Of a stretch of DNA of 64,000 nucleotides, positions 40,101 through 48,255 are shown piece by piece. Position 1 is the first letter of the stretch; every line of letters begins with the position of its first letter. This DNA comes from a virus, in the IMG/VR virus record IMGVR_UViG_3300050821_005524, positions 5,317 through 69,316 of that record; one strand, 5' to 3'. The notes under the pieces were generated by a model. The model saw only the letters and a list, made by a program, of their open reading frames with translations. It was not told the DNA's origin and ran no database searches. Position numbers and translations under genes: made by a program.

Positions 40101-40254
40101 GTACCATGCTCATAAACGAGTTCAGGTCCCTGTACGGCCGGCCGCGCAGCCCCGGACCTTTGGGGCTTGTCCAATGTAAATTGATGAACCCTGGCTCGTT
40201 ACTTTCGGGCCAGGGTACCACCTGTTCCATGAACTCCCGCGGGGTAGCCACCAT
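37153..40254 (-). CDS. Primase (RepB/AEP-like) fused to DUF927-type helicase
   Basis: AIWLDVDVK, SGGGGFHAYW, DAARLLRVPGT; GAGTHKST, LPVYLDE. Confidence 0.85.
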   Translation of the reverse strand: MVATPREFMEQVVPWPESNEPGFINLHWTSPKGPGLRGRPYRDLNSFMSMVRFADNRATMFKDIYFCLSRQSAVGKLYNNAPTAARTKECATHLKAIWLDVDVKPGNPEKNYGTAKEALHALTAFCAGCALPPPSALIFSGGGGFHAYWISKTVLTQEGWRPYAEGLKAAALRFGLHCDAGITTDAARLLRVPGTYNNKGETPKLVRLAHLGPAYDFMRTLASLVADKGIQSATVPTTVVPPVWASQGMAKAFQGLDPKADSLSVGIDHGPPETPLNPTAVLKGCVHYRDALVTRGKSHGEPLWALTLLGATWFERGRQWAHTLSEGHPDYGKETTDTKYDQKLSARERGTGWPSCQAFEAAGANCKTCPFRGDVRSPLNLVAGRVPAPREPAQIQGPDDPPLPDGYTVRPKDGWICKVVTKTLPGGATFDELAPLFMSKIRNPILQRGNRKIMFETSLDGDHWGPVSLYETDLATEQTLVKALRTHGCKPYPDNQKYLVQFMTSFTAKLDAAKARINTVSFGWLRKEEGGVEPIGFAYGGKVILSNGMEQAAGFSDPQIEAVYKPKGSEEPWRLLLKVVTDQCHPPIEVIMAVAFGAPLMAFTNQYNGVFCSHSPGAGTHKSTSIDMGAAVWGCPVLTKERPISSKKGLLRTAGHIRNLPVYLDEVSEIEHMDEVREIVNYLSEGSDGTKLHQDRTLFSKEAWQTLMLVGSNQSLYENILRNVQTTDAKLQRVFEFIVPPRPDSVDANYAAKLQKSLDYNYGHMGLLYSGMLGRDPAGIAQYVEKIHDKFNKEVDHVSPERFRSAMAAATFAGASLANQLGCSFHLPEMWDFLKEQYFAQRSMIKGSNTVLGTADNTVSMFTQFIKGIVQNVLTVHHLPAKRKGYPAAIAYISGPTRDRPYAIQARISQADRLIEVSRSKLRDWLHRNQITPDGVVAGLKTHFHARVMEKVDLSAGSGVPGGRETVLVFHVPEGSPFEGLLFMNAPMDMRPVATEDEPVAKLNGNGASPHVEPVAVDPDQLVLPLPMGSLRQ

Positions 40255-40524
40255 TTATCCCGTGCCATCCCGTCTAACAAGTTTATAACCCGCGGCATAA
40301 ATGGCTGCAGCCACGCCAAAGGCGGTCTCCTTGGCGGAACTGAAAACCGGTACCCTTATAGCGCCCTCTTGGATAAGACACTCGACCGCCTTAAGATGTA
40401 CACTTTCCGGCGGGTCAAATTTCAGCACCCCAAGGACCTCCAGTGCCGCAACAAAGGAATCTTCATTAAAGAAAGTCATGGGGAACTTGTCACGGATTAG
40501 CTTTACCGCCTCTTTCCGGGTCAT
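40255..40524 (-). CDS. Hypothetical protein
   Basis: AGGAG RBS; fills the gap. Confidence 0.6.
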   Translation of the reverse strand: MTRKEAVKLIRDKFPMTFFNEDSFVAALEVLGVLKFDPPESVHLKAVECLIQEGAIRVPVFSSAKETAFGVAAAIYAAGYKLVRRDGTG

Positions 40525-40533
40525 TGCGCACTC

Positions 40534-41529
40534 CTACTTGGCGGTAGCTCCGAGGTGGCTTTTGGTCATCTCCGCGATCATGGCGTCAAGGTCGTCGGTG
40601 CTCTCCACCGCGGGGGCGTTGTCCATTTTGGGGGGGTCGTCCCCAAGGGGCACCTGGGGCTCAACAGCGACACCCGCATCAGCCCGGTTCTCGATGACAA
40701 CACCTTGGCCGTTACCGCCCGCGCCCACCGCTAAGGTAACAGGAGCGGGGGCAAGGGGCGGCGCTGAAGTTTGTGGGGACGAAGTGCCCACCATACGGCC
40801 GGCATCGCCCCACGTAATACGCTTCACCAACGGGTGCTTGCGCAGCTCGACAACCGCCTCACCCTCCTTGTCTTCCAACCGTTGTACGGGCCGGAACAGC
40901 ATGCAGGGGTGCGGCTTGTCAGGATCAAACGTGATCCGGGTGACGTAGCTCGACCAGTGGAAATTCTGCTTAGTCATGTCGTCCGTCATCGCCTTCAAGT
41001 TCTTAAGGCTGTCGGGCGGCACCCGCAAGAAAACAGGGTCCATGTGCCCCTTGCCAAAGATGGGCTTAGTGTGGGGCTCCATGATTACGACCGCCAAACG
41101 CTTGTAATCGCTGCACTCCTTGCCGCCGCCGGCCAGCCACCTGTTCCTTGGGCACAGGGCGCAGTTGTCGTGCTGCTTCTGCGGCACCCCGTCGTCGGGG
41201 ACAACGCCGTCGATCGACGCGCAAAGCGGCTTCTCGTGGCTCCCCTCGTCGAACTTGTCCTTCTTCTGGTAGTACGTCTTGGACCTCTCCGCGCCCTGCC
41301 CAAGCAACACCACATCGATGAAGCTGCTGGGCGTCCCATCATCGGGGCGGTTAATGTTGTGGCTTTCGCCATTAAGGCGGAAAGACCATACCTTCCCCCT
41401 GTACCCGATGATGCCGTATGGCTGGCCAGCACCGCTGGTAAGCGCGTCCGCATGAGGATCGAGACCGGCGAACGCCGCCGACATCTTGGCGTTTTTAGCC
41501 CAATCCGGTACCTGTAGCTCTTGACCCAT
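40534..41529 (-). CDS. Probable single-stranded DNA-binding protein
   Basis: C..CP.N...GKEC..YKRLAV, LRVPPDSLKN, acidic tail DDLDAMIAE. Confidence 0.6.
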   Translation of the reverse strand: MGQELQVPDWAKNAKMSAAFAGLDPHADALTSGAGQPYGIIGYRGKVWSFRLNGESHNINRPDDGTPSSFIDVVLLGQGAERSKTYYQKKDKFDEGSHEKPLCASIDGVVPDDGVPQKQHDNCALCPRNRWLAGGGKECSDYKRLAVVIMEPHTKPIFGKGHMDPVFLRVPPDSLKNLKAMTDDMTKQNFHWSSYVTRITFDPDKPHPCMLFRPVQRLEDKEGEAVVELRKHPLVKRITWGDAGRMVGTSSPQTSAPPLAPAPVTLAVGAGGNGQGVVIENRADAGVAVEPQVPLGDDPPKMDNAPAVESTDDLDAMIAEMTKSHLGATAK

Positions 41530-41559
41530 GGGGGTTCTCCTAGTTGGTTACAACGGTAA

Positions 41560-41958
41560 CTATTTCCCGGTAGGGCGCCGCACCCCAACCGTCTGCAGCG
41601 AAGTCAAGTTAACCCCCGGCGGCAGGGTATTGTGCCTCTCCACGTAGTCCCGCACCGCAGTGGTGTTGGCTTTCCGGTCGAGTAGCTCAAACTCGCCACT
41701 CGCCATCATATATTGCATGAAAGCCTCGGGGTCCGCAAGGGAGGCCGTGTACCGTGTCGAAAGAAAACACGTACCGGCCCTGGATTTCATATTCGTTACA
41801 TTGAGGTCGTCCATGGACGACCTTATAATCCCTGCCAGACGTTCCTGAAGTTCCAGTAAAGGCTTCCTCTCAGCGTTCCACCGCTCATCCACTGCCTTGA
41901 GTAAGTCCCTGATCTGTATGTATTGTTCAACCCGCTTGTCAATGTCCTCTGCCATCAT
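41560..41958 (-). CDS. Conserved phage replication-module protein
   Basis: Coiled coil; LPPGVN..VGVRR end. Confidence 0.7.
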   Translation of the reverse strand: MMAEDIDKRVEQYIQIRDLLKAVDERWNAERKPLLELQERLAGIIRSSMDDLNVTNMKSRAGTCFLSTRYTASLADPEAFMQYMMASGEFELLDRKANTTAVRDYVERHNTLPPGVNLTSLQTVGVRRPTGK

Positions 41959-41982
41959 CCTTCTCCGCTCTAGTCACCGCCA

Positions 41983-43545
41983 TCACACGTTCTCCGTTGC
42001 GTTCTCGACCAAATCCAGAAACAAGTTCTGCATCTTCTGCTTGTTACGCAAGATCTTGTATGCCCCCTTCTCGACAGGTGTCGCCTGTAGATGCAGTATC
42101 TGCTGCTTGTGCTTCTGCCCGATCCGGGTTATTCGCGCGTTCAGCTGGTCGTAGGTTTCGAGCGAGAAGATCGGCAGGTACCAGATCACCGTATCCGCGG
42201 CCGTCAACGTCAGCCCGTGCTTTACACAGCCAGGGTCCACCAGGAGGGCCTTGTACTTGTCGGTAGACTGGAACAGGTGGAACACGTTATCCCGGTCCTT
42301 GGTGTCACCGTGCACCATACAATGGTCGATGTCTACACCCTTCATGCCGAATATCTTTCCTATCCCCTCGATCATGTGCCGGTACGGCACCGCGATGATC
42401 ACTTTCCTATTCGCCGACTGCACCAGTTCCGCCAGTACCATGATCCGCGGCGTGGGATCGAGCCGCACATACTCCGGGTTCTTGGTGTAAACCCACCCAC
42501 CTGCAATCTGGAGTAGTTTATTCAACGCGGCACCAGCGTTAACGGCGTTTATGGTCTTGTCCTTCACCATGGCAACCATGACGGTCGAAACCTTCTTGTA
42601 GGTTTTACCCTGTTCGTCGCTTAAAGGCACATCAATAGTCCGTGATATGACCGGCGGCAGTTCCACCACGTCATCAAGGGAGTACCGGCAGGAGGGCTGC
42701 ATCCAGCTAAACGCCTTGGCCACGGCGTCGGGCTTGGGGCGCCACACGAAATTGCTCACCCGCGTCATCAGGGCGTCACGGGCGTGGTGCCTGTACTTGG
42801 GAACCCGATTAGGGGTAATAACCATGCACTGCGACCACACATCCGTTGGCTCGTTCGGCATGGGGGAACCGGTCAGGCCCCACACAATGTTAAAACGTGC
42901 GGCAAACTTGCGAATCTTCCTGGATCGGCCGGAATCGTTCCGATACACCGCCAGTTCGTCAAGAACCAGCGTGTTAATGTCGGCGCGGGAGTGCAGTTCG
43001 CTCTCTATGACCTTGAGCCCGTCGTGGTTGATTATGTAGATATCAGCGTCCCTAGATAGCCGCTCGAGCCGCTGGCGTTTAGTGAAATGCTTGCCAGCAA
43101 GCACCTCGACCTTACGCCCCGGCAGAGTGCTGAATATCTCGCGCGCCCAAACAAAGCTAGTGGTCGACAGGGGGCAAACAACCAGCATCTTCTTGGCTAG
43201 GCCCTGCTTGTTAAGGTAGTCCCAACTCCACAGCGCGGTCTTGGTCTTACCCGTTCCCATATGATTGAGGTTGTAGAACCGCGCGTTCTCCGTCATCAAT
43301 CGACAGGTGGCGCGCTGCACCTTGTACGGCATCTTATCTGGCGCAGGCTTGCACCAGTCGTAGTATAGGTCCATGGGGTTGGGCACGTCGCACCCCATAT
43401 GCCGCAGCAGGATCGTCTCGCGCAGCCCGTGGGGCACGAGGCGCCGGCCATCCGGTAACCGGGGAACACCGGGAAACATGGTATCCACGCCTAGACTGCC
43501 CGGTACCACCAGTGTCTGCGTTTTGCGGGAAACGATTACGGGCAT
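41983..43545 (-). CDS. SNF2-type superfamily 2 helicase
   Basis: MGTGKT, VLDE, LTGSP, GLTLTAA, QLNARITRIGQ. Confidence 0.9.
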   Translation of the reverse strand: MPVIVSRKTQTLVVPGSLGVDTMFPGVPRLPDGRRLVPHGLRETILLRHMGCDVPNPMDLYYDWCKPAPDKMPYKVQRATCRLMTENARFYNLNHMGTGKTKTALWSWDYLNKQGLAKKMLVVCPLSTTSFVWAREIFSTLPGRKVEVLAGKHFTKRQRLERLSRDADIYIINHDGLKVIESELHSRADINTLVLDELAVYRNDSGRSRKIRKFAARFNIVWGLTGSPMPNEPTDVWSQCMVITPNRVPKYRHHARDALMTRVSNFVWRPKPDAVAKAFSWMQPSCRYSLDDVVELPPVISRTIDVPLSDEQGKTYKKVSTVMVAMVKDKTINAVNAGAALNKLLQIAGGWVYTKNPEYVRLDPTPRIMVLAELVQSANRKVIIAVPYRHMIEGIGKIFGMKGVDIDHCMVHGDTKDRDNVFHLFQSTDKYKALLVDPGCVKHGLTLTAADTVIWYLPIFSLETYDQLNARITRIGQKHKQQILHLQATPVEKGAYKILRNKQKMQNLFLDLVENATENV

Positions 43546-44111
43546 TTCACATAGTCCAGGACGCGCTGTATACCCGCTGCGTTATCCCCAAACCTAGCGA
43601 GAGATCGATTGCAATTGCGGCAGAGGAGGCCACGTATACGCATGGTCTCGTGGTCGTGGTCCACGCACAGCACCCCCCATGCCTCTTTATCGGGGGTTTG
43701 CGGGCAAAACACGCAATGCCCTTCCTGTGCCTTTAGCATGCGCTCATAGTCCTCTGGCGTTATGCCGTGCCGGCTTTTTAGTCTGGCACGGCGAGCATCT
43801 TCGGGCGAGATAGGGTACTTGCGCTCAGTGTGGCTGTTCAAATAAGCGTTCAGCGCCGACATATCCTCGCTATCTATAACGAGAACAGTCCCCCCAGCTT
43901 CCCGTATCTGCTTGGCGGTTTCTTCCTGCCTCGGAGTAAGCTTCTTGCCCGGGGCCTTAGTTTCGATGCCGAGAAATTTTCCTTTGACCGCCACAAGAAA
44001 GTCCAGGGTCGGCATGCCGAAACCATGCTGCACCGGCATAAACTTGTAGATACCATCCCAATGCGAAAATACGCGGTTAACCCGGGCTTTAATCCTGCCT
44101 TCGGGTGTCAT
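43536..44111 (-). CDS. VRR-NUC nuclease fused to an endonuclease VII domain
   Basis: MTPEGRIK..PTLDF..IETKAPGKKLTPRQ, then HGITPEDYERMLKAQEGHC..VDHDH..RGLLCRNCN. Confidence 0.85.
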   Translation of the reverse strand: MTPEGRIKARVNRVFSHWDGIYKFMPVQHGFGMPTLDFLVAVKGKFLGIETKAPGKKLTPRQEETAKQIREAGGTVLVIDSEDMSALNAYLNSHTERKYPISPEDARRARLKSRHGITPEDYERMLKAQEGHCVFCPQTPDKEAWGVLCVDHDHETMRIRGLLCRNCNRSLARFGDNAAGIQRVLDYVKCP

Positions 44112-44280
44112 GCCACAACCTCTTCAACGTGCGCCACATGCGCTGGTGCCACGGGGGCGATAAGTAGCGCAGAAGGGCCATCAGCGCGTCCGTCTGCGTC
44201 TTATATGGCCCGTGGCTGATCTCATCCTCATCGGTCCAATACCAAGCGGAATGAGCACGGAACGGGTTAGGGTAGCCCAT
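44089..44280 (-). CDS. Hypothetical protein
   Basis: WYWTDE..HGPYKT..A motif. Confidence 0.55.
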   Translation of the reverse strand: MGYPNPFRAHSAWYWTDEDEISHGPYKTQTDALMALLRYLSPPWHQRMWRTLKRLWHDTRRQD

Positions 44281-44364
44281 CACCTTAAACTCCACACAGT
44301 CGCCCAAACAATCGCGGCACCGAGCACGCCGCCAGCCGTTGACCAAACGAGAACGGATAAAATG

Positions 44365-44673
44365 TCATGCATGTTCTGTCTCCTTCGCATTCCTCGTGTA
44401 GTTCTTCCGTTCGGGATCATAGCAGCCCGTCCAGATAACCTTCTCCACGTCGCGCCGCTTGATGGCGATGTACTCGAACCCTTCAACGACACGCCGCTGT
44501 ATTAAATCCACCCTGCCGTCTTCCATCGCAACCCATGCCGCTCGGGCGGTAAACTCCGTAGCGGGCTTCCACTCCCTGTCACACGCAAGGTTGCCAACGT
44601 GGTATATGATCCTCTCGCCAAGGAGAGCACGTTTCACTTGGTGGTCAAACGGGGTCAATGCGTGCATTACCAA
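44365..44673 (-). CDS. Hypothetical protein
   Basis: IIYHVGNLACDR...LIQRR..FEYIAIK. Confidence 0.6.
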   Translation of the reverse strand: MVMHALTPFDHQVKRALLGERIIYHVGNLACDREWKPATEFTARAAWVAMEDGRVDLIQRRVVEGFEYIAIKRRDVEKVIWTGCYDPERKNYTRNAKETEHA

Positions 44674-44821
44674 AACTTTCCAATGAAGTGGACAACCACA
44701 TAGCCGATGCCGCCTACCAACGCGAGCTGCACAACAACAGCAGCAAAGAAATACTTCGTCATCTGAAGTCTCCGTTGTTTTTGAGGACTCTAAAATGTGG
44801 TTTTAGCCGGCAACAATCAAA

Positions 44822-45034
44822 TCACAAACCCGTGAACCCGGGCTCTGGTCCTAACTTTATATGGGGGGATGGAGTCTCTAGTACAGCCGTGATATGGTTA
44901 TAAGCCCGCGACTGGTTACCGGGTTCAAAGTCATTCCTTAGGGCGTTACGCGCCACAATAAGCGCCGCCCGCAAACGCGCAATCTCGTCTTTGAGGTCAC
45001 GTATTTCTTGCGTCTCCTCATGCCACACACTCAT
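44822..45034 (-). CDS. Hypothetical coiled-coil protein
   Basis: EIARLRAAL; start 2 nt after the upstream stop. Confidence 0.55.
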   Translation of the reverse strand: MSVWHEETQEIRDLKDEIARLRAALIVARNALRNDFEPGNQSRAYNHITAVLETPSPHIKLGPEPGFTGL

Positions 45035-45036
45035 CG

Positions 45037-45696
45037 CTAACCTCGCTTCCCGTGGTAAGTGCACGAAATTACAGGACAATAGCGCATGCACAGCTTCCCA
45101 GGCTTGGGCGGGTATGTCAGCGTCTCCGCGGCATGCTCCATGTCCTTGACCTGGGGAAAGATCGATATCCACTCGCGGTGAATTGTGTCGCGGTCGAAAA
45201 CCTCCACGGTGACACAGTCTTCCTTCAGCCATACAAATTCGGTCTTTATACGTGACAGTTTCGGATAGTGTACGAACAGACACTGTGCCATGAGCACCAG
45301 CTGGCGGCTGTCGTGCTGCAGTTTGCCAGTCTTCCAGTCTCGAGCCCATGCCACCGGCCCATTGATCTTGGCCACGTCGCACACGCCGCGGAACCACACA
45401 TTAGGCTTGAAATAGTCAGTGGGCTGAAAGTCCCTAGTCATCGCCAACTTCTGCTCCACCAGCAGATCACCCGGGCCGCCGAACATTTCGTCAACCCAAT
45501 GCTGGTAGTCCTTCATCTCATTCGGCAGGGGGGCCTTATATTTAAGTGCTCTTTTGAACGCGTCGTGGACCTGGTTCCCCCATATCAGCTGCTCGCTGCT
45601 CTCGGTGAAGTTTTTTGCTAGGTCGACCTCGTAAAATCTTTTTGGACAAGTATTGAAATTTTTATATTTGGAGTATGACCAACTGAACGCTTTCAT
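45037..45696 (-). CDS. PD-(D/E)XK (RecB/Cas4-like) exonuclease
   Basis: WSYS..CPKRFY, GNQVH, VCDV, DWKTGK, QL, LC.YCPV..C. Confidence 0.85.
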   Translation of the reverse strand: MKAFSWSYSKYKNFNTCPKRFYEVDLAKNFTESSEQLIWGNQVHDAFKRALKYKAPLPNEMKDYQHWVDEMFGGPGDLLVEQKLAMTRDFQPTDYFKPNVWFRGVCDVAKINGPVAWARDWKTGKLQHDSRQLVLMAQCLFVHYPKLSRIKTEFVWLKEDCVTVEVFDRDTIHREWISIFPQVKDMEHAAETLTYPPKPGKLCMRYCPVISCTYHGKRG

Positions 45697-46037
45697 GATA
45701 CGTACTCCAACGCCCGCAAAATGCCCTCCCTGTTGTCCCCTAATACTCCCAAGGCGGCATTATGAGAACGGCACAAGAGCCCACGAAACCTTCCTGTCCC
45801 ATGGCAATGATCCACGTGTAGACCGTCCGCCCTCAAACAAAGTGCACAGTGGCCGCCCTGTTTTACAAGCATATTATCCCATTCTTCGGGTGTTATATTG
45901 TAATAGCGCCTCAACCATAGCTTCCGCACAAGAGCCTTGCCGCGTGGCGAATTGCGATACTTCTTCGCAGACGCCCTGCCCGCGGGGGATAAATTGTACT
46001 TGTTCGCTATTTCCCGCCTACGATCTCTTGTAACCAC
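45693..46037 (-). CDS. Endonuclease VII-like (HNH) free-standing endonuclease
   Basis: YNITPEEWDNMLVKQGGHCALC..HVDHCH..RGLLCRSHN. Confidence 0.85.
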   Translation of the reverse strand: MVTRDRRREIANKYNLSPAGRASAKKYRNSPRGKALVRKLWLRRYYNITPEEWDNMLVKQGGHCALCLRADGLHVDHCHGTGRFRGLLCRSHNAALGVLGDNREGILRALEYVS

Positions 46038-46226
46038 TCACCCTCCTTTTCAAAGCGGTTTCCAAATATCCCAAAGGGTTAGCCCCAACATAACAAGCAG
46101 GAGCACCAAACTAATGTAATTCAGCACATCGCTGCGGTTCATAGCGGCCCCCAAACTTCCCACATACCCCAAAACCAGCCAATGATCAGCCCCAGCTGAA
46201 CCAGCATGACCACCGAAACAATAAAA

Positions 46227-46391
46227 TCAAACACCGCGCTGCGATCCATCAGCTTGCTCCCTGCCTTGCTCCCCCTTGTCTTCCGGTTGCTCCTGCAAAC
46301 CATCGCAGCAGTGCTCAACCCCAAAGCCCGAACAGTTAGGACAGGGCCACTCTTCCACCCATCCAACCCCGTGGCAGTTTCTGCATATCAT
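46227..46391 (-). CDS. Small Cys-rich Zn-finger protein
   Basis: CRNCHGVG..CPNCSGFG..CC. Confidence 0.55.
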   Translation of the reverse strand: MICRNCHGVGWVEEWPCPNCSGFGVEHCCDGLQEQPEDKGEQGREQADGSQRGV

Positions 46392-46972
46392 CGTGCCCCC
46401 CTCGGTAGCGGCAGCCCCAGCTCGTTCTCGAGTTCCTCCTGCAGCAGCGCAAGAGCGCGCCATGCCATCTGTGCTGTATGGCTGTTCCCCTCGGCATCGG
46501 GACGACCCCGCTCCACAAGGTGCCTGATAATACAGTCCGCATGGTCCATAGACTTGCCACGGGCGTGGTGCAGGGGCTCACCAGGATTATGCTTTTCATT
46601 TCCTAGAAAGCTAACCCTGGCCACCGCAGCAAGGGCGTCAGGGAAGTAATCCAGCAATCCACTGCACATAGGAAACTTCTTACGGCCCTCACTATCCACA
46701 TCTGTGAGTAAACGTTCAGGGTTTACTGGCGCCCTATCCCCGTCGCCCGGACTGCCAGCGAGCAAATGTGCAACGGTGCCACTCGCTGGTTCAGGCTCAA
46801 ACATTAAACGGTGGAACCCAATCTTTTCAGACATCCCACCGCTCTTGGCGCTATCATCTGGAACAGCGCTCTTCTTCGGAACGAAGGCAGGCCTGCCATC
46901 CAAAGGGATATGGGGCTCAGGCTCAAACGTCAGACCAGCAGCGCGAAAAAGGCGTCCAGCGGGGTCATCCAT
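46388..46972 (-). CDS. dATP/dGTP diphosphohydrolase (DUF5664-like)
   Basis: RK..P..GLLDYFPDAL..VARVS..GNEKHNPG..RHL..H...AWRALALLQ. Confidence 0.75.
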   Translation of the reverse strand: MDDPAGRLFRAAGLTFEPEPHIPLDGRPAFVPKKSAVPDDSAKSGGMSEKIGFHRLMFEPEPASGTVAHLLAGSPGDGDRAPVNPERLLTDVDSEGRKKFPMCSGLLDYFPDALAAVARVSFLGNEKHNPGEPLHHARGKSMDHADCIIRHLVERGRPDAEGNSHTAQMAWRALALLQEELENELGLPLPRGAR

Positions 46973-47420
46973 TCCCAATCTCCATGATCGTAAGGCCAAG
47001 AGCTATAGCAACAGCACGTTCCGCGGTCGCCCCCAAGCTGCGCTGCCACCCCGGCAGGAAAGCAATCTCATCGGCTTCCTTGCATATCCAGGCAATATCT
47101 TCCGCCAGGCACTCTCGAATGGTTATCCCGTACTTCTTGGCGAAGGCGTCGGCGTCCCCGGTGGGGAACTCCGCAGAAACATCCCTGCCCAGCCGCTTTA
47201 TGTCGGCTTCAGCGGGGCTGAAAACGGTGTACCCGCGGGCGCGCAATTTGTACGCCGCGCTAGCAAACGTTGGGTAATTAAATTCCGGCACCCCACGCAT
47301 AGGGCCGGCGAGGTATACTTTTTTGGACTTTACTTGCCCTAAAACGTCGGCGGCTGCGGCGTACCCGCGGGCGTACCCGCGATCATATCCACGACACCAG
47401 GCTCTTTCAACTTCGTCCAT
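46965..47420 (-). CDS. DUF4406 / nucleoside 2-deoxyribosyltransferase-fold protein
   Basis: VYLAGPMRG..FNYPTF..SPAE..LPGWQRSLGATAE. Confidence 0.75.
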   Translation of the reverse strand: MDEVERAWCRGYDRGYARGYAAAADVLGQVKSKKVYLAGPMRGVPEFNYPTFASAAYKLRARGYTVFSPAEADIKRLGRDVSAEFPTGDADAFAKKYGITIRECLAEDIAWICKEADEIAFLPGWQRSLGATAERAVAIALGLTIMEIGNG

Positions 47421-47755
47421 GTCTTATGCCTCCCTCCATAAAGTTGCCGGGGCGGGAGCCCCGCTTTCCTGGCGATCCTGCGAATGGTGCTCATATGTAT
47501 GTTATATTCACACGCAATGCTAGCACTTTTCACCCCCTCTGCATACAAGTCCGCAACGGATTGCCGCTCATGGTCTTGAAGTTTGTTACGTGATTTCGTC
47601 CTGAACCCTAGCCGCTTCATAACGTCGTAAACAGTGGATTGTGGTCGCCCGGTAACCTGGGCTATCCTGTAAGTACTCCACGTTGGATGAGCTAGCCGCA
47701 TGGGGACGACATCCGCTTCAGCCCAAGGTTTACGCAACCCCTTTCGAACCCGCAT
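47339..47755 (-). CDS. Double helix-turn-helix DNA-binding protein
   Basis: STYRIAQVTGRPQSTVYDV and SASIACEYNIHMSTIRRI. Confidence 0.65.
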   Translation of the reverse strand: MRVRKGLRKPWAEADVVPMRLAHPTWSTYRIAQVTGRPQSTVYDVMKRLGFRTKSRNKLQDHERQSVADLYAEGVKSASIACEYNIHMSTIRRIARKAGLPPRQLYGGRHKTWTKLKEPGVVDMIAGTPAGTPQPPTF

Positions 47756-48065
47756 TCATTTTCTCCTTCATAGCCGCTATACGCGCATAGGCTTTCCGCT
47801 TATCCTCGCGGTCGCGTAGCTCCCGATAAATGGGCTGGCGCTCTACCAATGTAAGTTCGCTGCTCTCAGCCCACGCTTGCAGCTCCGCATCGATCGCCGC
47901 CTTAATCACTGTGCCAGTAGGAGGCCACGGAATGGTAGGCCCGGGGGGACTTGAACCCCCATTCCGACTTTGGATCGGTCCTGATTGGATGACAGGCCTA
48001 GGGTTGGCAAGTGTGCCATCCTTGTTCCTTTTCAAGTACTCGGGGATCGAGAGGTCATCGTCCAT
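47730..48065 (-). CDS. Hypothetical protein with FtsZ-tail-like N-terminus
   Basis: AAGGAG RBS; MDDDLSIPEYLKRNKDGTLAN. Confidence 0.6.
   Translation of the reverse strand: MDDDLSIPEYLKRNKDGTLANPRPVIQSGPIQSRNGGSSPPGPTIPWPPTGTVIKAAIDAELQAWAESSELTLVERQPIYRELRDREDKRKAYARIAAMKEKMNAGSKGVA
47933..47999 (-). tRNA. Atypical 67-nt tRNA-like element
   Basis: Acceptor AGGCCTG/CGGGCCT + ACCA; T-arm GGGGG-TTCAAGT-CCCCC; shrunken D and anticodon arms. Confidence 0.55.
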
Positions 48066-48255
48066 GCCGGCGCTCCTTGTAATAAAACGCTTCCGCGAGC
48101 TTGCGGGCAACCCGGTGAGGGGACGATCGCGCGATCGCGTTATGGATCGTGCCGGCCTCGTCGGCGTCGGCTGCGTCGAGGAGCCACTTTCGAACGTCAT
48201 GGTGTTCCATGTGGCCCAGCAGCTGCTTGTAAGTCGGTTTATGGTTGTATGGCAT
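48055..48255 (-). CDS. Hypothetical protein
   Basis: TAATG-coupled to the polymerase stop. Confidence 0.5.
   Translation of the reverse strand: MPYNHKPTYKQLLGHMEHHDVRKWLLDAADADEAGTIHNAIARSSPHRVARKLAEAFYYKERRHGR

Noticed and set aside
47933-47961. tRNA 3' end as an attP site of a temperate phage
   Set aside because: No integrase or repressor recognisable in the window and the 5' acceptor strand is also present; cannot be fully excluded
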